From positions 1 to 58,966 of the forward strand of contig CAMCNE010000001.1 in assembly GCA_945875935.1 (NCBI GenBank): 58,966 bases of DNA, read 5' to 3'. Of this stretch, positions 1 to 9,153 are shown in pieces. The stretch is from Bordetella parapertussis (GTDB taxonomy: Bacteria; Pseudomonadota; Gammaproteobacteria; Burkholderiales; Burkholderiaceae_C). Every line of letters begins with the position of its first letter. Within the stretch, counting starts at the first letter, position 1. Made by a program: the position numbers and the translations under genes. The notes under the pieces were generated by a model. It searched no databases. It was not told the DNA's origin and worked only from the letters and a program-made list of their open reading frames with translations.

Positions 1-2049
1 TGCATCGGCGTGACCGAGGTCGATCCGGCGCGCATGAGCGTGCTGTTCGAGCGCTTCATCAGCCGCGAGCGCAACGAGCCGCCCGACATCGACATCGACT
101 TCGAGCACGAGCGCCGCGAAGAGGTGCTGCAGTACCTGTACGCCAAGTACGGCCGCGACCGCGCCGCGCTCACCGGCGTGGTCATCAGCTACCGACCGAA
201 GAGCGCGCTGCGCGACGTGGGCAAGGCGCTGGGCTTCAGTCTGGCAACCCTCGATGCGGTGGCGCGCGAGCACTCCGGCTGGGATGGCAGCGAGGTGCGC
301 GCCGAGCGGCTGGCCGAAGCCGGTCTGTCGGCTGACGATTTGCAAGTGCAGCAGCTGCTCAGGCTCGCCGGCCAGCTGCTGGGTTTTCCGCGCCACCTCA
401 GCCAGCACACCGGCGGCTTCGTGCTCACGCGCGGTCTGCTGTGCCGCATGGTGCCGATCGAAAACGCCTCGATGCCCGATCGCACCGTCATCGAATGGGA
501 CAAGGACGACCTGGATGCCATCGGCTTGCTCAAGGTCGACTGCCTGGCGCTGGGCATGCTCACGGCGCTCGGCAAATCGCTGCAGTTCATCGGCCAGCGG
601 CTGGGCGGCGTGTTCGAGATGCAAGACATCCCCAGCGAAGACCCCGCCACCTACGACATGGTGTGCCGCGCCGACACCGTGGGCGTGTTTCAGATCGAAA
701 GCCGCGCCCAGATGAGCATGCTGCCGCGCCTCAAACCACGCTGCTTCTACGACCTGGTGATCGAAGTGGCCATCGTGCGCCCCGGGCCCATCGTGGGCGG
801 CATGGTGCACCCCTACCTGAACCGGCGCCAGGGCAAGGAACCGGTGAGCTACCCCAGTGCCGCGCTCGAGCAGGCGCTGGGCCGCACGCTGGGCGTACCG
901 GTGTTTCAGGAGCAGGTGATGCAGATCTCGATCCTGGCCGCCGGCTTCACGCCGGGCGAGGCCGACGGTCTGCGCCGCGCCATGGCCGCCTGGAAGCGCA
1001 AGGGCGGCCTCGAGAAGTACCACGCCAAGATCATCGACGGCATGACCTCGCGCGGCTACGACGAGGCCTTTGCGCGGGCCATCTTCGAGCAGATCAAGGG
1101 CTTTTCGGAATACGGCTTTCCCGAGAGCCACGCGGCCTCGTTCGCCTTGCTGGTCTACGCCAGCTGCTGGATCAAGTGCCACCACCCGGCCGAGTTTTTG
1201 GCCGCGATGCTCAACTCGCAGCCGCTGGGCTTTTATTCGCCGTCGCAGCTGGTGCAAGACGCACAGCGCCACGGCGTCGAGGTGCGCGCGGCCGATGTCA
1301 TGCACAGCGATGTCGACTGCACGCTCGAAGGCCTGCCGCATCCGCCGGCGGTGCGCCTGGGCTTGCGGCTGATCGCCGGGTTGTCAGCCGATGCGGCTGC
1401 GCGCATCGTGGCCGCACGCGGCGAGCAGGTGTTCGACAGCGCCGACGACCTGGCCCGCCGCGCCAACTTGCAGCACCACGACATGAAGCTGCTGGCTGCT
1501 GCCGACGCGCTGATGAGCTTGTCAGGCCACCGCCGCCAGCAGGTGTGGGATGCAGCCGCCTGGCGCGCCGCGCCGGCGCTGCTGCGCGACGCGCCGATTG
1601 ATGAAGATGTGCTCGAGCTGCCGAGCGCGCCCGAGGGCGAAGAGATCGTCTTTGACTACGCCGCGCTGGGTCTCAGCCTGCGCCGCCATCCGCTGGCGCT
1701 GCTGCGGCCGCAATTGCGCGCGCGCCGGCTGCTCAGCGCCGAACAGCTGGCCGCCATGCCTCACGGCCGCGCGGTGCGCTGCTGCGGCATCGTCACCTTG
1801 CGCCAGCAGCCCGAAACCGCCAACGGCACCACCTTTGTCTCGCTCGAAGACGAGACCGGTGTGGTGCAGGTGATCTGCTGGAAGTCGCTGCGCGAGCGGC
1901 AGCGCAACGTGCTGCTGAGATCGCGGCTGCTGGCCGTTCACGGCACCTGGCAGCGCGAGGGCGAGGTGTGCAACCTGATCGCCGCGCAGCTTGAAGACCT
2001 CACGCCGCTGCTGGGTCGCTTGATGACCGACAGCCGCGACTTCAAATGA
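1..2049 (+). CDS. dnaE2: Error-prone DNA polymerase DnaE2/ImuC, C-terminal ~680 aa; the 5' end lies outside the window
   Basis: Frame 1 is open from base 1. Pol III alpha-family motifs are present (PDIDIDFEHERREEV, GVFQIESRAQM, VRPGPI) and the C-terminal OB fold (GIVTLRQQPETANGTTFVSLEDETG). The protein stops just after the OB fold, without the long tau-binding tail of replicative DnaE. Confidence 0.8.
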   Translation, partial: CIGVTEVDPARMSVLFERFISRERNEPPDIDIDFEHERREEVLQYLYAKYGRDRAALTGVVISYRPKSALRDVGKALGFSLATLDAVAREHSGWDGSEVRAERLAEAGLSADDLQVQQLLRLAGQLLGFPRHLSQHTGGFVLTRGLLCRMVPIENASMPDRTVIEWDKDDLDAIGLLKVDCLALGMLTALGKSLQFIGQRLGGVFEMQDIPSEDPATYDMVCRADTVGVFQIESRAQMSMLPRLKPRCFYDLVIEVAIVRPGPIVGGMVHPYLNRRQGKEPVSYPSAALEQALGRTLGVPVFQEQVMQISILAAGFTPGEADGLRRAMAAWKRKGGLEKYHAKIIDGMTSRGYDEAFARAIFEQIKGFSEYGFPESHAASFALLVYASCWIKCHHPAEFLAAMLNSQPLGFYSPSQLVQDAQRHGVEVRAADVMHSDVDCTLEGLPHPPAVRLGLRLIAGLSADAAARIVAARGEQVFDSADDLARRANLQHHDMKLLAAADALMSLSGHRRQQVWDAAAWRAAPALLRDAPIDEDVLELPSAPEGEEIVFDYAALGLSLRRHPLALLRPQLRARRLLSAEQLAAMPHGRAVRCCGIVTLRQQPETANGTTFVSLEDETGVVQVICWKSLRERQRNVLLRSRLLAVHGTWQREGEVCNLIAAQLEDLTPLLGRLMTDSRDFK

Positions 2050-2059
2050 GGACACACCA

Positions 2060-2094
2060 GCCCGGGCGTGCGGGTTTGCGCCGCACGCCCGGGC
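2060..2094. terminator. Perfect 14-bp-stem hairpin between convergent dnaE2 and the small secreted-protein gene
   Basis: gcccgggcgtgcgg / gtttgcg / ccgcacgcccgggc read directly from the sequence. There is no strong T-run, so function as a bidirectional terminator is inferred. Confidence 0.5.
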
Positions 2095-2106
2095 CGACTT
2101 CCCTGA

Positions 2107-2355
2107 TTACTTGGTGGCCGGCACCGGAGGCGGCATCACCTCAGCCTTCACAGGCATGTCCTTGAGCTTTTGGGCCTTGGCCTTGAGCTGGTCTGCCGAC
2201 GCTGCAGGCGCCACGGCAGATGCGGCCGCCACAGCTGCCACAGCAGATGCAGGTGCGGCCACGACGGCCGGCTTCAGTGGAGCCACCTTGTCGGTAGCGT
2301 GTGCGCCCGCGCTGGCAAAGGCAGTGACGATCAAAGTGGACAGGATCTTGTTCAT
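2107..2355 (-). CDS. Small secreted Ala/Pro-rich protein of unknown function (82 aa)
   Basis: Signal-peptide-like N-terminus MNKILSTLIVTAFASAGAHA, an AAGGA Shine-Dalgarno a few nt upstream of the ATG, and a low-complexity A/P/V body. Confidence 0.5.
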   Translation of the reverse strand: MNKILSTLIVTAFASAGAHATDKVAPLKPAVVAAPASAVAAVAAASAVAPAASADQLKAKAQKLKDMPVKAEVMPPPVPATK

Positions 2356-2657
2356 GGTTTCCTTTGGGTAGTGACAACAGTTTTAGAACGAATGCCCGGG
2401 CCCTTGAAACAACGCCGGCCTGATGGTTTCGTTGACATGGCTTGTCGCAGAGGGACCAACGCGTCATCACCCGTCAACAGCCGCCGCCGTGATCGGCACA
2501 ACTGCCATTTGAGGCTCAGCCAGTGAGCGAGCCCGCCATGCCCCACCTGCACACGGCTTAAGTCGCCGACAATTCCTTTGGGTCGCGATGGCCTGCAGGG
2601 TTTGGCCTTGCAGGCCATTTGATTTCTCGGCCGCGTCAACCGCCTTGCAGTTCAAAC

Positions 2658-3563
2658 ATGAGCATCGCCACGTCGTCGAACTCCCATGAGCGAACGCTGC
2701 TGGTGGCGGTGGGTGTGTGCTTGGTGGACGTGCTGCTCACCGGCGGCGCGGCGCTGGCGTCCACCTCGCTGACCATCCTGAGTGATGCCTTCAAGGAGGG
2801 CACCGACTTTCTGGCCGTGCTGGCCGCCTACCTCACCTTGCGTGCGGTCAGACGGTCACCCGACGAGCGCTATGCCTACGGCATTGGCAAGCTCGAGAAC
2901 CTGGTCAGCATGGCCATCGCCGTGATGATGGTGGCGTGCGCCTGTTTCATTCTGGTGCAGGCCTCGCATCATCTGCGCAACCCGCAACAGGTCGAGGGCA
3001 CCTTGCCCGGCATCGTGATCTTTTCGACCTACGCGGTGATTGGCTTTGGCATCTTCTTTCGCAATCGGCTCGAACTGCGCAAGCGCGAGTCGGCCATCCT
3101 CGCGTCGCAGGGGCAGCTGTGGTTTTCCAAGGCCGTCTTCGACACGCTGATGGCCGCCACCCTGGTCGCCGAGATCGTGCTGCGCGAGTACACCTGGAGC
3201 CAGTACCTCGATCCGCTCGCCTCGCTGGTCGGGGTGTGCTTTTTGCTGCACGCGGCGTGGTCCATCGCCAGTTCGTCGGTGGGTGATCTGCTCGATGCAA
3301 GCTTGACCGAGCACCTTCAGCTGCGCATCTTGCGCCAGCTCGTCGAGCGCTTTGACGACTACGACAAGCTGCACAAGATCCGCACCCGTCGCTCGGGGCC
3401 GCGTGTTTATGTCGAGGTGTTTTTGCAGTTCGATGAGCAGCTGCTGATGGGCGAGGTGCAACGCCGCATCGACGTGCTGTCCGAGCTGATCCGAACCGAA
3501 ATCCCCGGCACCGAGGTGGTCATCGTGCCGTCGCTGGCGGCTCCCGCCGCACCCGCAACCTGA
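2658..3563 (+). CDS. Cation diffusion facilitator (CDF) family metal efflux transporter
   Basis: 301 aa from ATG 2658; the ORF-track TTG at 2619 lies inside a hairpin. Several N-terminal hydrophobic helices are followed by a cytoplasmic C-terminal domain (RSGPRVYVEVFLQFDEQL...), the typical CDF layout. Confidence 0.75.
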   Translation: MSIATSSNSHERTLLVAVGVCLVDVLLTGGAALASTSLTILSDAFKEGTDFLAVLAAYLTLRAVRRSPDERYAYGIGKLENLVSMAIAVMMVACACFILVQASHHLRNPQQVEGTLPGIVIFSTYAVIGFGIFFRNRLELRKRESAILASQGQLWFSKAVFDTLMAATLVAEIVLREYTWSQYLDPLASLVGVCFLLHAAWSIASSSVGDLLDASLTEHLQLRILRQLVERFDDYDKLHKIRTRRSGPRVYVEVFLQFDEQLLMGEVQRRIDVLSELIRTEIPGTEVVIVPSLAAPAAPAT

Positions 3564-3588
3564 GGCCTTGGCTCGGGCTGTGGCCTCA
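3561..3588. terminator. Hairpin whose 7-bp stem arms contain the stop codons of two convergent genes
   Basis: tgaggcc ...12 nt... ggcctca. The TGA of the CDF gene and the TCA (complement of TGA) of the 71-aa ORF sit in the two arms. Confidence 0.35.
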
Positions 3589-3801
3589 GGCCTTGCCTTC
3601 GAGCATCGCCATCACCAGCGACTGATAGGCCTCGCGCTCGGCGGTCTCGCGCTGGGCGAACGACAGCTGCTCGCCGGCCATGACACGCTGGCAGACCTGT
3701 TCATGAGCGGCACGCTGTGCACGCTGCCGCATCTCTTGCGGAATCTTCTGGACCTTGGCGCTCAGGCCGGTGAGTGAGGTTGGAACGCTGTTGATGCCCA
3801 T
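3586..3801 (-). CDS. Hypothetical small protein (71 aa), last gene of the DUF1254/DUF1214 array
   Basis: Same strand, 72 nt downstream of the DUF1214 gene. Third-position G/C usage looks coding. No clear Shine-Dalgarno and no family recognised. Confidence 0.4.
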   Translation of the reverse strand: MGINSVPTSLTGLSAKVQKIPQEMRQRAQRAAHEQVCQRVMAGEQLSFAQRETAEREAYQSLVMAMLEGKA

Positions 3802-3873
3802 GGCTGCCGTGGTCCGTGGACGGCCGTGAATGCCCGGCCGAAAAAGTTCGGTGGATGACGTGCCCGAGTCGAT

Positions 3874-5421
3874 TCACTTCACGCGCTCGATGTCGCCCGG
3901 CTTCCAGGTGTTGTCGAGCGCGGCCTGTGTCGGACCGTACAGCCTGATGATGGCGAAAAATCCCCGACCCGGCACGGTGGCCAGCCAGTTGCCTTCCTTG
4001 CCCGCGGGGGCTTTCGGGCCCAGGTAGATGTCGGTGCTGCCGTCCGCGTTTTGCACCGGCTTGTCACGCGAACCCAGCGACGGAAACGGCTGGCCGTTGG
4101 CCAGCCCTGAACCGTTCTCGGCCTCGTACAGCGTGAGCGACCAGAAGTTGGCTGCCGGAATGTTGGCCGGCAACTGCAGGCGGTAATGGCCGCCGCCCGA
4201 CAAGGCCTCGCCCTTGCTGTCGCTGAAGGTGATGGCGTACTTGGCACCCTTGCCCGGCACCAGCGACACCATGCCCGGGCTGACCGAGTAGTAGTTGGTG
4301 AAGAACCAGATCCGGGTGTCCAGATCGAGGTATGAGCCCGCGAGGTTCTTCCACGACAGATCCACCGACAAGGCTGGATTCGCTGGCGTCAGATCGGCCA
4401 GCGGATTGACCCAGTGGCGGTCTGCGTAGACGCGGAAGGAGCGGCCGCTGACGACATCTCCGAAGCCCACGACACGGCTCATCTTGTAGGCCGTCTTGGC
4501 GGCGCGGTCGAGGATCCTGCGCGTGCGTGCGTCGGGGGTGAAAGGCTGACCCTTGACGATGCCGATCGACGCCAGCAGGCCCAGCCCGTCGGCATCAGCC
4601 AGGCTCGAGCCTTCGGCATCCACCAGACGCTGCAGCGCATCGAAGGCGCTGCCATCGCTGATCGGCAGCATGTTGGCCGGCACGCCCGAGGCATCGGGGA
4701 ACTTCATCGGTCTGGCCGCGTCTTCGCCACCCAGCGGGTAGATCTTCGACTGCTCGATCAAGGCCACCGCCGGCGTCAGGTTCTTCGGGTCTTGGTAGAA
4801 CGAACGCAGGAAGACGAACACCTTGTGGGTGCCCGAGCGGTAGACGTGATAGCCCTCAGGCACAACGCCCTTGTAGCCGGGAGGCAGCAGTAGAAACTTG
4901 CCGCCCTTGCCGCCATCCGGGCCTGGCAGACCCACGTCACCGAAGAACTTGCCCCCGTCCACCGGGATGGGACGCTGCCAGTAGTCGAGCAGGATGCCTT
5001 GAAGGTTGGGCGGCGCTTCGAAGACGATCGGGCCGTCCTTGGCCAGGTCCACGTAACTCATGGCGTAGATGACGTCCGAGTTGGGCGTGGTCACCAGCGT
5101 CTTGGCGTCGAGGCGCTTCTTCCACACGGGCAGCACGTTGTAGCCGGCGCCAAAGGCTTTTTCCGACCCGAGTTGCATGCCCAGCGTGTTGATCAGGGGC
5201 AGCGCCCAGAGATAGGCCTGCGTCGCGCGCTGGAACAGCAACTCGTCGCGCAGCGTCTGCGCGGTTTCCTTCGTCGGGCGGTTTTCCTTGAAGGGCAGGT
5301 TGGCCAGCTTGTCGAATGAACTCGCCTGCGCGAAGGCGTTCGAGGCCGCGCCGCCCATGAACAGGGCACAGGCCGATGCTGCAACCACCATGCTTCGGGC
5401 GGGGTGCGTGTGTTTGTTCAT
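3874..5421 (-). CDS. Secreted DUF1254/DUF1214 domain protein (515 aa)
   Basis: Start set at MNKHTHPARSMVVAASACALFMGGAASNAFAQ (signal peptide). The ORF-track extension to 6072 overlaps the upstream gene. The C-terminus carries the DUF1214 signature FWSLTLYE...DGSTDIYLGPKAP...NWL...RLYGP. Confidence 0.75.
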   Translation of the reverse strand: MNKHTHPARSMVVAASACALFMGGAASNAFAQASSFDKLANLPFKENRPTKETAQTLRDELLFQRATQAYLWALPLINTLGMQLGSEKAFGAGYNVLPVWKKRLDAKTLVTTPNSDVIYAMSYVDLAKDGPIVFEAPPNLQGILLDYWQRPIPVDGGKFFGDVGLPGPDGGKGGKFLLLPPGYKGVVPEGYHVYRSGTHKVFVFLRSFYQDPKNLTPAVALIEQSKIYPLGGEDAARPMKFPDASGVPANMLPISDGSAFDALQRLVDAEGSSLADADGLGLLASIGIVKGQPFTPDARTRRILDRAAKTAYKMSRVVGFGDVVSGRSFRVYADRHWVNPLADLTPANPALSVDLSWKNLAGSYLDLDTRIWFFTNYYSVSPGMVSLVPGKGAKYAITFSDSKGEALSGGGHYRLQLPANIPAANFWSLTLYEAENGSGLANGQPFPSLGSRDKPVQNADGSTDIYLGPKAPAGKEGNWLATVPGRGFFAIIRLYGPTQAALDNTWKPGDIERVK

Positions 5422-5453
5422 GGAATCTCCTGCTGACAAAAGGTGGGGGCGGA

Positions 5454-6929
5454 TCACTTGACCTTCACGACCTGCGGCGGCATCCAGCTGCCGTCCAGGA
5501 TGGGCTGCTCGGACCAGTAGGCGCGGATGTAGAGCGAGAAAGCGCCTTGCGGTGCTGGCACCCAGTTGCTTTCCTTGTCCTTGCCGGGCGACTTCGAACC
5601 GAAGTACATGGTGAGCGAGCCGTCCGGGTTGTATTTCAGGAACGACTTGCTCTTGGTGCCCAACGAGTAGCGCTTCAAGGCATTGGCGTGGAACAGGTGG
5701 TGCTCGTTGTACAGCGTCATCGACCAGAAGCCCTTCACCGGCGGTTCCTGACCCTTGGCAAAGGTGACGCTGTAGCTGTTCTTGCCGTTGAGCGGCTGAC
5801 CCTGGCTGTCGTCGTCGCGGTAGATGTACTTCGTCTCGGTGGGCTTGTTGTCGTACATGTTCGACTTGGCGGTGCCCGTGCGGTTGAGGTAGTCGCTGCC
5901 CCACTGGCCGTTGTTCACCGGCGAGTACCAGCCGTTGCCTGCCGGCCGACCGTTGTGCTTCCACTTGAACAGCGGCGCGACGAGCTCCTTGTCGGCCGCG
6001 ACGAACGATTCGACCAGCGCTTTCTTGACGGCCGGATCCTTGGCCGCAGCATCGAGCACCGAAGTGATCCATGCGTACAGCAACTCTTCGCCCGGCAGCG
6101 GCGGCACCAGCTTCATCACGCCGGGCAACTGCTCAAGGTACTTCTCGGGCACCACCCACTTGGTCTCTCCGCCCGCACCGCCTGCCGGCGTGGGGAAGTG
6201 CGGCAACTTGCTCCAGTCGGTGGTCTTCACCTTGCCGTCGAACTGGCTCAAGGGATAGGCCATGATCTGGTTGATCACCGGCTTGACGGCGGCCGTGTCT
6301 TCGGCGCTGTCGTCCTTGAAGATGCGCGGGATCATGAACATGAGTTCGGTCGACGAGCGCACCACCGCCGCGATGCCTGCAGGTGTCTCGCCCTTCCAGT
6401 TGGGTCCGACCACCATGTAGAAGCCGGGCTTGGTGCCATAGGGCTTGCCGATCTCGGCGAACTCGTCAGTGCGCGCGTCGTACAGCGCGTAAACCCAGAA
6501 CCGGTCGCCAAAGTCCGGCACCTGCAGCACCATGGGCTCCTTGTCCAGGGCGGCGAATGCCGCGCCATAGGCCACGTCCTGATTGGGGCAGGTGACGAAG
6601 GTCTGTTGCGGCTCGACGTAGTCGTTGAGCATCGCCAGATGACCCACCGGCGCCATCGGCACCACACCGCCATTCTTGCCAGCCACGTTGCCGTTCTGGC
6701 CGGTCACATACGCAAATGCGGCCCGGCGGTTGTGCGCGTTGACCATCGCATAGCCCCACATGTAGGCCATGCGGCCGACCATGTGCACGTAGTCCCGGGT
6801 CATCAGGGTCTGCGCATCGGGCGTCGGCACTTCGGCCGCCGTTTTCGGCAATGGCACTTGCTGCGATTGAGCCGTGGTCACCATCAGAGCGCCCATCAGG
6901 GCGGCGGTCAGCTTCAGGAAGGGTCTCAT
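5454..6929 (-). CDS. Secreted DUF1254/DUF1214 domain protein, paralog of the downstream gene (491 aa)
   Basis: Signal peptide MRPFLKLTAALMGALMVTTAQS. DUF1214-type C-terminus FWSMTLYN...RYSLG...DGSLTMYFGSKSP...NWVPAP...YIRAYW. Confidence 0.75.
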   Translation of the reverse strand: MRPFLKLTAALMGALMVTTAQSQQVPLPKTAAEVPTPDAQTLMTRDYVHMVGRMAYMWGYAMVNAHNRRAAFAYVTGQNGNVAGKNGGVVPMAPVGHLAMLNDYVEPQQTFVTCPNQDVAYGAAFAALDKEPMVLQVPDFGDRFWVYALYDARTDEFAEIGKPYGTKPGFYMVVGPNWKGETPAGIAAVVRSSTELMFMIPRIFKDDSAEDTAAVKPVINQIMAYPLSQFDGKVKTTDWSKLPHFPTPAGGAGGETKWVVPEKYLEQLPGVMKLVPPLPGEELLYAWITSVLDAAAKDPAVKKALVESFVAADKELVAPLFKWKHNGRPAGNGWYSPVNNGQWGSDYLNRTGTAKSNMYDNKPTETKYIYRDDDSQGQPLNGKNSYSVTFAKGQEPPVKGFWSMTLYNEHHLFHANALKRYSLGTKSKSFLKYNPDGSLTMYFGSKSPGKDKESNWVPAPQGAFSLYIRAYWSEQPILDGSWMPPQVVKVK

Positions 6930-7301
6930 CTCGAGTGCTCCAAAGTGTCGTCTTGGTGGGGGCGTTGCTCGGGGAACGGCAAGCCTTGAGAATTCGCGCG
7001 CTTGAAACGGAACACTTGATTTACCCGTTTGTGCCGCTGGTCATTGTGCCTTCACCCACGCCTGAGCCTGCACCAGTGCAGCGGTGATCGAGATGCGGTG
7101 CTTGGTGGCGATCTCGATCTTCTCGCCGCACCGGCTTGATCTGCCTGGCCGGCGACTCAAGCTCTGGCAGCCCACTGCGCAAGGCCAAGCTGGAGCACCC
7201 CCGTACTCCTTGCGGCGTGAAAGCCTCGACCAGTGGCTGATCGACAATCTCTCCCGTCGCGGGCCGGTGGCTGCCGCGGCAGACTGCACAAGGAGCATCA
7301 G

Positions 7302-8066
7302 ATGAAATGGTTGAGATTCCGCCGCAACGGCCAAGAGGGCTTCGGCCTGCTCGAGGGTGGCGAGGTTGTGGTCCACGATGGCCACCTGTTTGACCACCCC
7401 CGCCCGACCGGTGAGCGGCTGGATGCCAGCAGCGTCGAGTGGTTGATGCCTTGCCAACCGCGAACGATGGTCGGCCTGTGGAACAACTTCCAGGCCCTGG
7501 CCGACAAGAACGGCTGGGCCCGGCCGGCCGAGCCGCTCTATTTCCTGAAATCACCCGGCAGCTGGAACGCCCACGGCGCGCCCATCCCGGCGCCGCCGGC
7601 TGAGGTGGGGCGCATCGGCTACGAGGGCGAGCTGGCCATCGTCATCGGTCGCCGCGCGCAACGGGTGGCGGTGGCAGATGCGGCCGCCCACATCTTTGGC
7701 TACAGCTGCGCCAACGACGTCACCGCGATCGAATTGCTGAACCGGGATCCGAGCTTCCCGCAATGGACGCGGGCCAAGGGTTTCGACGGCTTTGGCGTGG
7801 TCGGACCGGTGATCGAGACCGATTTCGACCTGTCCCAGGCCAGCCTGCGCACGCGGGTCGGCGGTCGAGAGCGGCAGAACTACCCGCTGGCCGACATGAT
7901 CTTCAAGCCGGATGAGCTGGTGTCCATGATTTCCCAGGATCTCACGCTGGAGCCCGGCGATGTGATCCTGTGCGGCACTTCCGTCGGAGTGCTGCCGATG
8001 AAACCCGGCACCCTGGTCGAAGTCGAGATCGACGGCATCGGCCTGCTGGCCAACACCTTCGGCTGA
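7302..8066 (+). CDS. Fumarylacetoacetate hydrolase (FAH) family protein
   Basis: ATG 7302 preceded by AGGAG at 7291. Motifs YEGELAIVIG, ANDVTA, KGFDGF, GDVILCGT are typical of FAH-fold hydratases/decarboxylases. Confidence 0.8.
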   Translation: MKWLRFRRNGQEGFGLLEGGEVVVHDGHLFDHPRPTGERLDASSVEWLMPCQPRTMVGLWNNFQALADKNGWARPAEPLYFLKSPGSWNAHGAPIPAPPAEVGRIGYEGELAIVIGRRAQRVAVADAAAHIFGYSCANDVTAIELLNRDPSFPQWTRAKGFDGFGVVGPVIETDFDLSQASLRTRVGGRERQNYPLADMIFKPDELVSMISQDLTLEPGDVILCGTSVGVLPMKPGTLVEVEIDGIGLLANTFG

Positions 8067-8087
8067 GCGCCGACCGGGGCCTAAAGC

Positions 8088-9098
8088 TCAGCCCGCGGGC
8101 TGGACCTGCAGCCGGCCGCGGGCGTTGGCCAGGGTCTGGTTCAGCAGGCTGGCAGCGGCATAGACCGCGCTGATCGATGGGGTGGGGGTCTCGGTGATGC
8201 GGCCGAGCTCGACCACGCTGCCGACCAGGGCCTCGAGCTCGAGCGCGCGGCCATGCTCCACGTCTTGCAGCATCGAGGTCTTGTGGGCGCCCACTGCCTC
8301 GGCGCCCGCAATGCGCTGGTCCAGCGTGACCTTGAACTGAACGCCGAGCTTCTCGCCCACGGCCTGGGCCTCGCGCATCATCGTGGCCGCCAATTCGCGG
8401 GCCAAGGGATAGCGGCAGATGTCCTCGAGGGTGGCGTGGGTCAGCGCGCTGATCGGGTTGAAGCTGAGGTTGCCCCAGAGCTTGACCCAGATTTCACTGC
8501 GGATGTCCTTGCTCACCGGGCTCTTGAAACCCGCCCGCATCATGGCTTGCGACAGCGCCTCGATGCGCGGGCTGCGGCTGCCATCGGGCTCGCCCAGCGT
8601 GAAGCGGTTGCCCTCGATCACCTTCACCACGCCGGGTGACACCAGCTCGGCCGCCGGGTAGACCACGCTGCCGATGACCCGCTCGGGTTCGATGTGCTGG
8701 GCCAGCAGTCCGCCGGGGTCCACGCTCTCCAGCCGGCGGCCCTCGTAGGGTCCGGCGAGCTTGTGGAAGTACCACCAGGGCACGCCGTTGATCATGGTGA
8801 CGACCATGGTTTCGGGGCCGAACAGCGACCGCAGCCCGGGCAGCAGGTCGCGCACCTGATGGGCCTTGACGGTCAGCAGCACGGCGTCCTGGGGGCCCGC
8901 CTCAGCCATGTCCTGCACGGCCCGGGCGGTGGGTGCGTGCTGCTCGCTGCCGTCTTCCAGTTGCAACCTGAAGCCGTTGGCGTTGATCGCCGCGAGGTTG
9001 CGGTTGCGGGCGATGAAGGTGACGTCCTCTCCGGCGATCGCGAGGCGCGCACCCAGGTAGCCGCCGATGGCGCCGGCGCCGACGATGGCAATCTTCAT
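8088..9098 (-). CDS. Ketopantoate reductase family oxidoreductase (PanE/ApbA)
   Basis: N-terminal Rossmann motif MKIAIVGAGAIGGYLGARL, a length of 336 aa, and C-terminal ApbA-like helices. Confidence 0.7.
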   Translation of the reverse strand: MKIAIVGAGAIGGYLGARLAIAGEDVTFIARNRNLAAINANGFRLQLEDGSEQHAPTARAVQDMAEAGPQDAVLLTVKAHQVRDLLPGLRSLFGPETMVVTMINGVPWWYFHKLAGPYEGRRLESVDPGGLLAQHIEPERVIGSVVYPAAELVSPGVVKVIEGNRFTLGEPDGSRSPRIEALSQAMMRAGFKSPVSKDIRSEIWVKLWGNLSFNPISALTHATLEDICRYPLARELAATMMREAQAVGEKLGVQFKVTLDQRIAGAEAVGAHKTSMLQDVEHGRALELEALVGSVVELGRITETPTPSISAVYAAASLLNQTLANARGRLQVQPAG

Positions 9099-9153
9099 GG
9101 TGTTCCAGTCAAGGCAGATGGGATGGATGAATCCGCTGTACGGCGGCGGGGCG

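Noticed and set aside
2356-2657. A metal riboswitch (NiCo/czcD-type or Mn yybP-type) in the CDF exporter leader.
   Set aside because: I could not find the conserved cores of these motifs by eye. Only a single hairpin is evident, and it is reported separately at low interest.
5422-6072. The N-terminal 217-aa extension of the ORF-track entry 3874..6072.
   Set aside because: The extension overlaps the 3' part of the upstream DUF1254/DUF1214 gene in another frame and is Arg/Gln/Gly-rich. A Met followed by a proper signal peptide at 5421 gives a sensible 515-aa protein.
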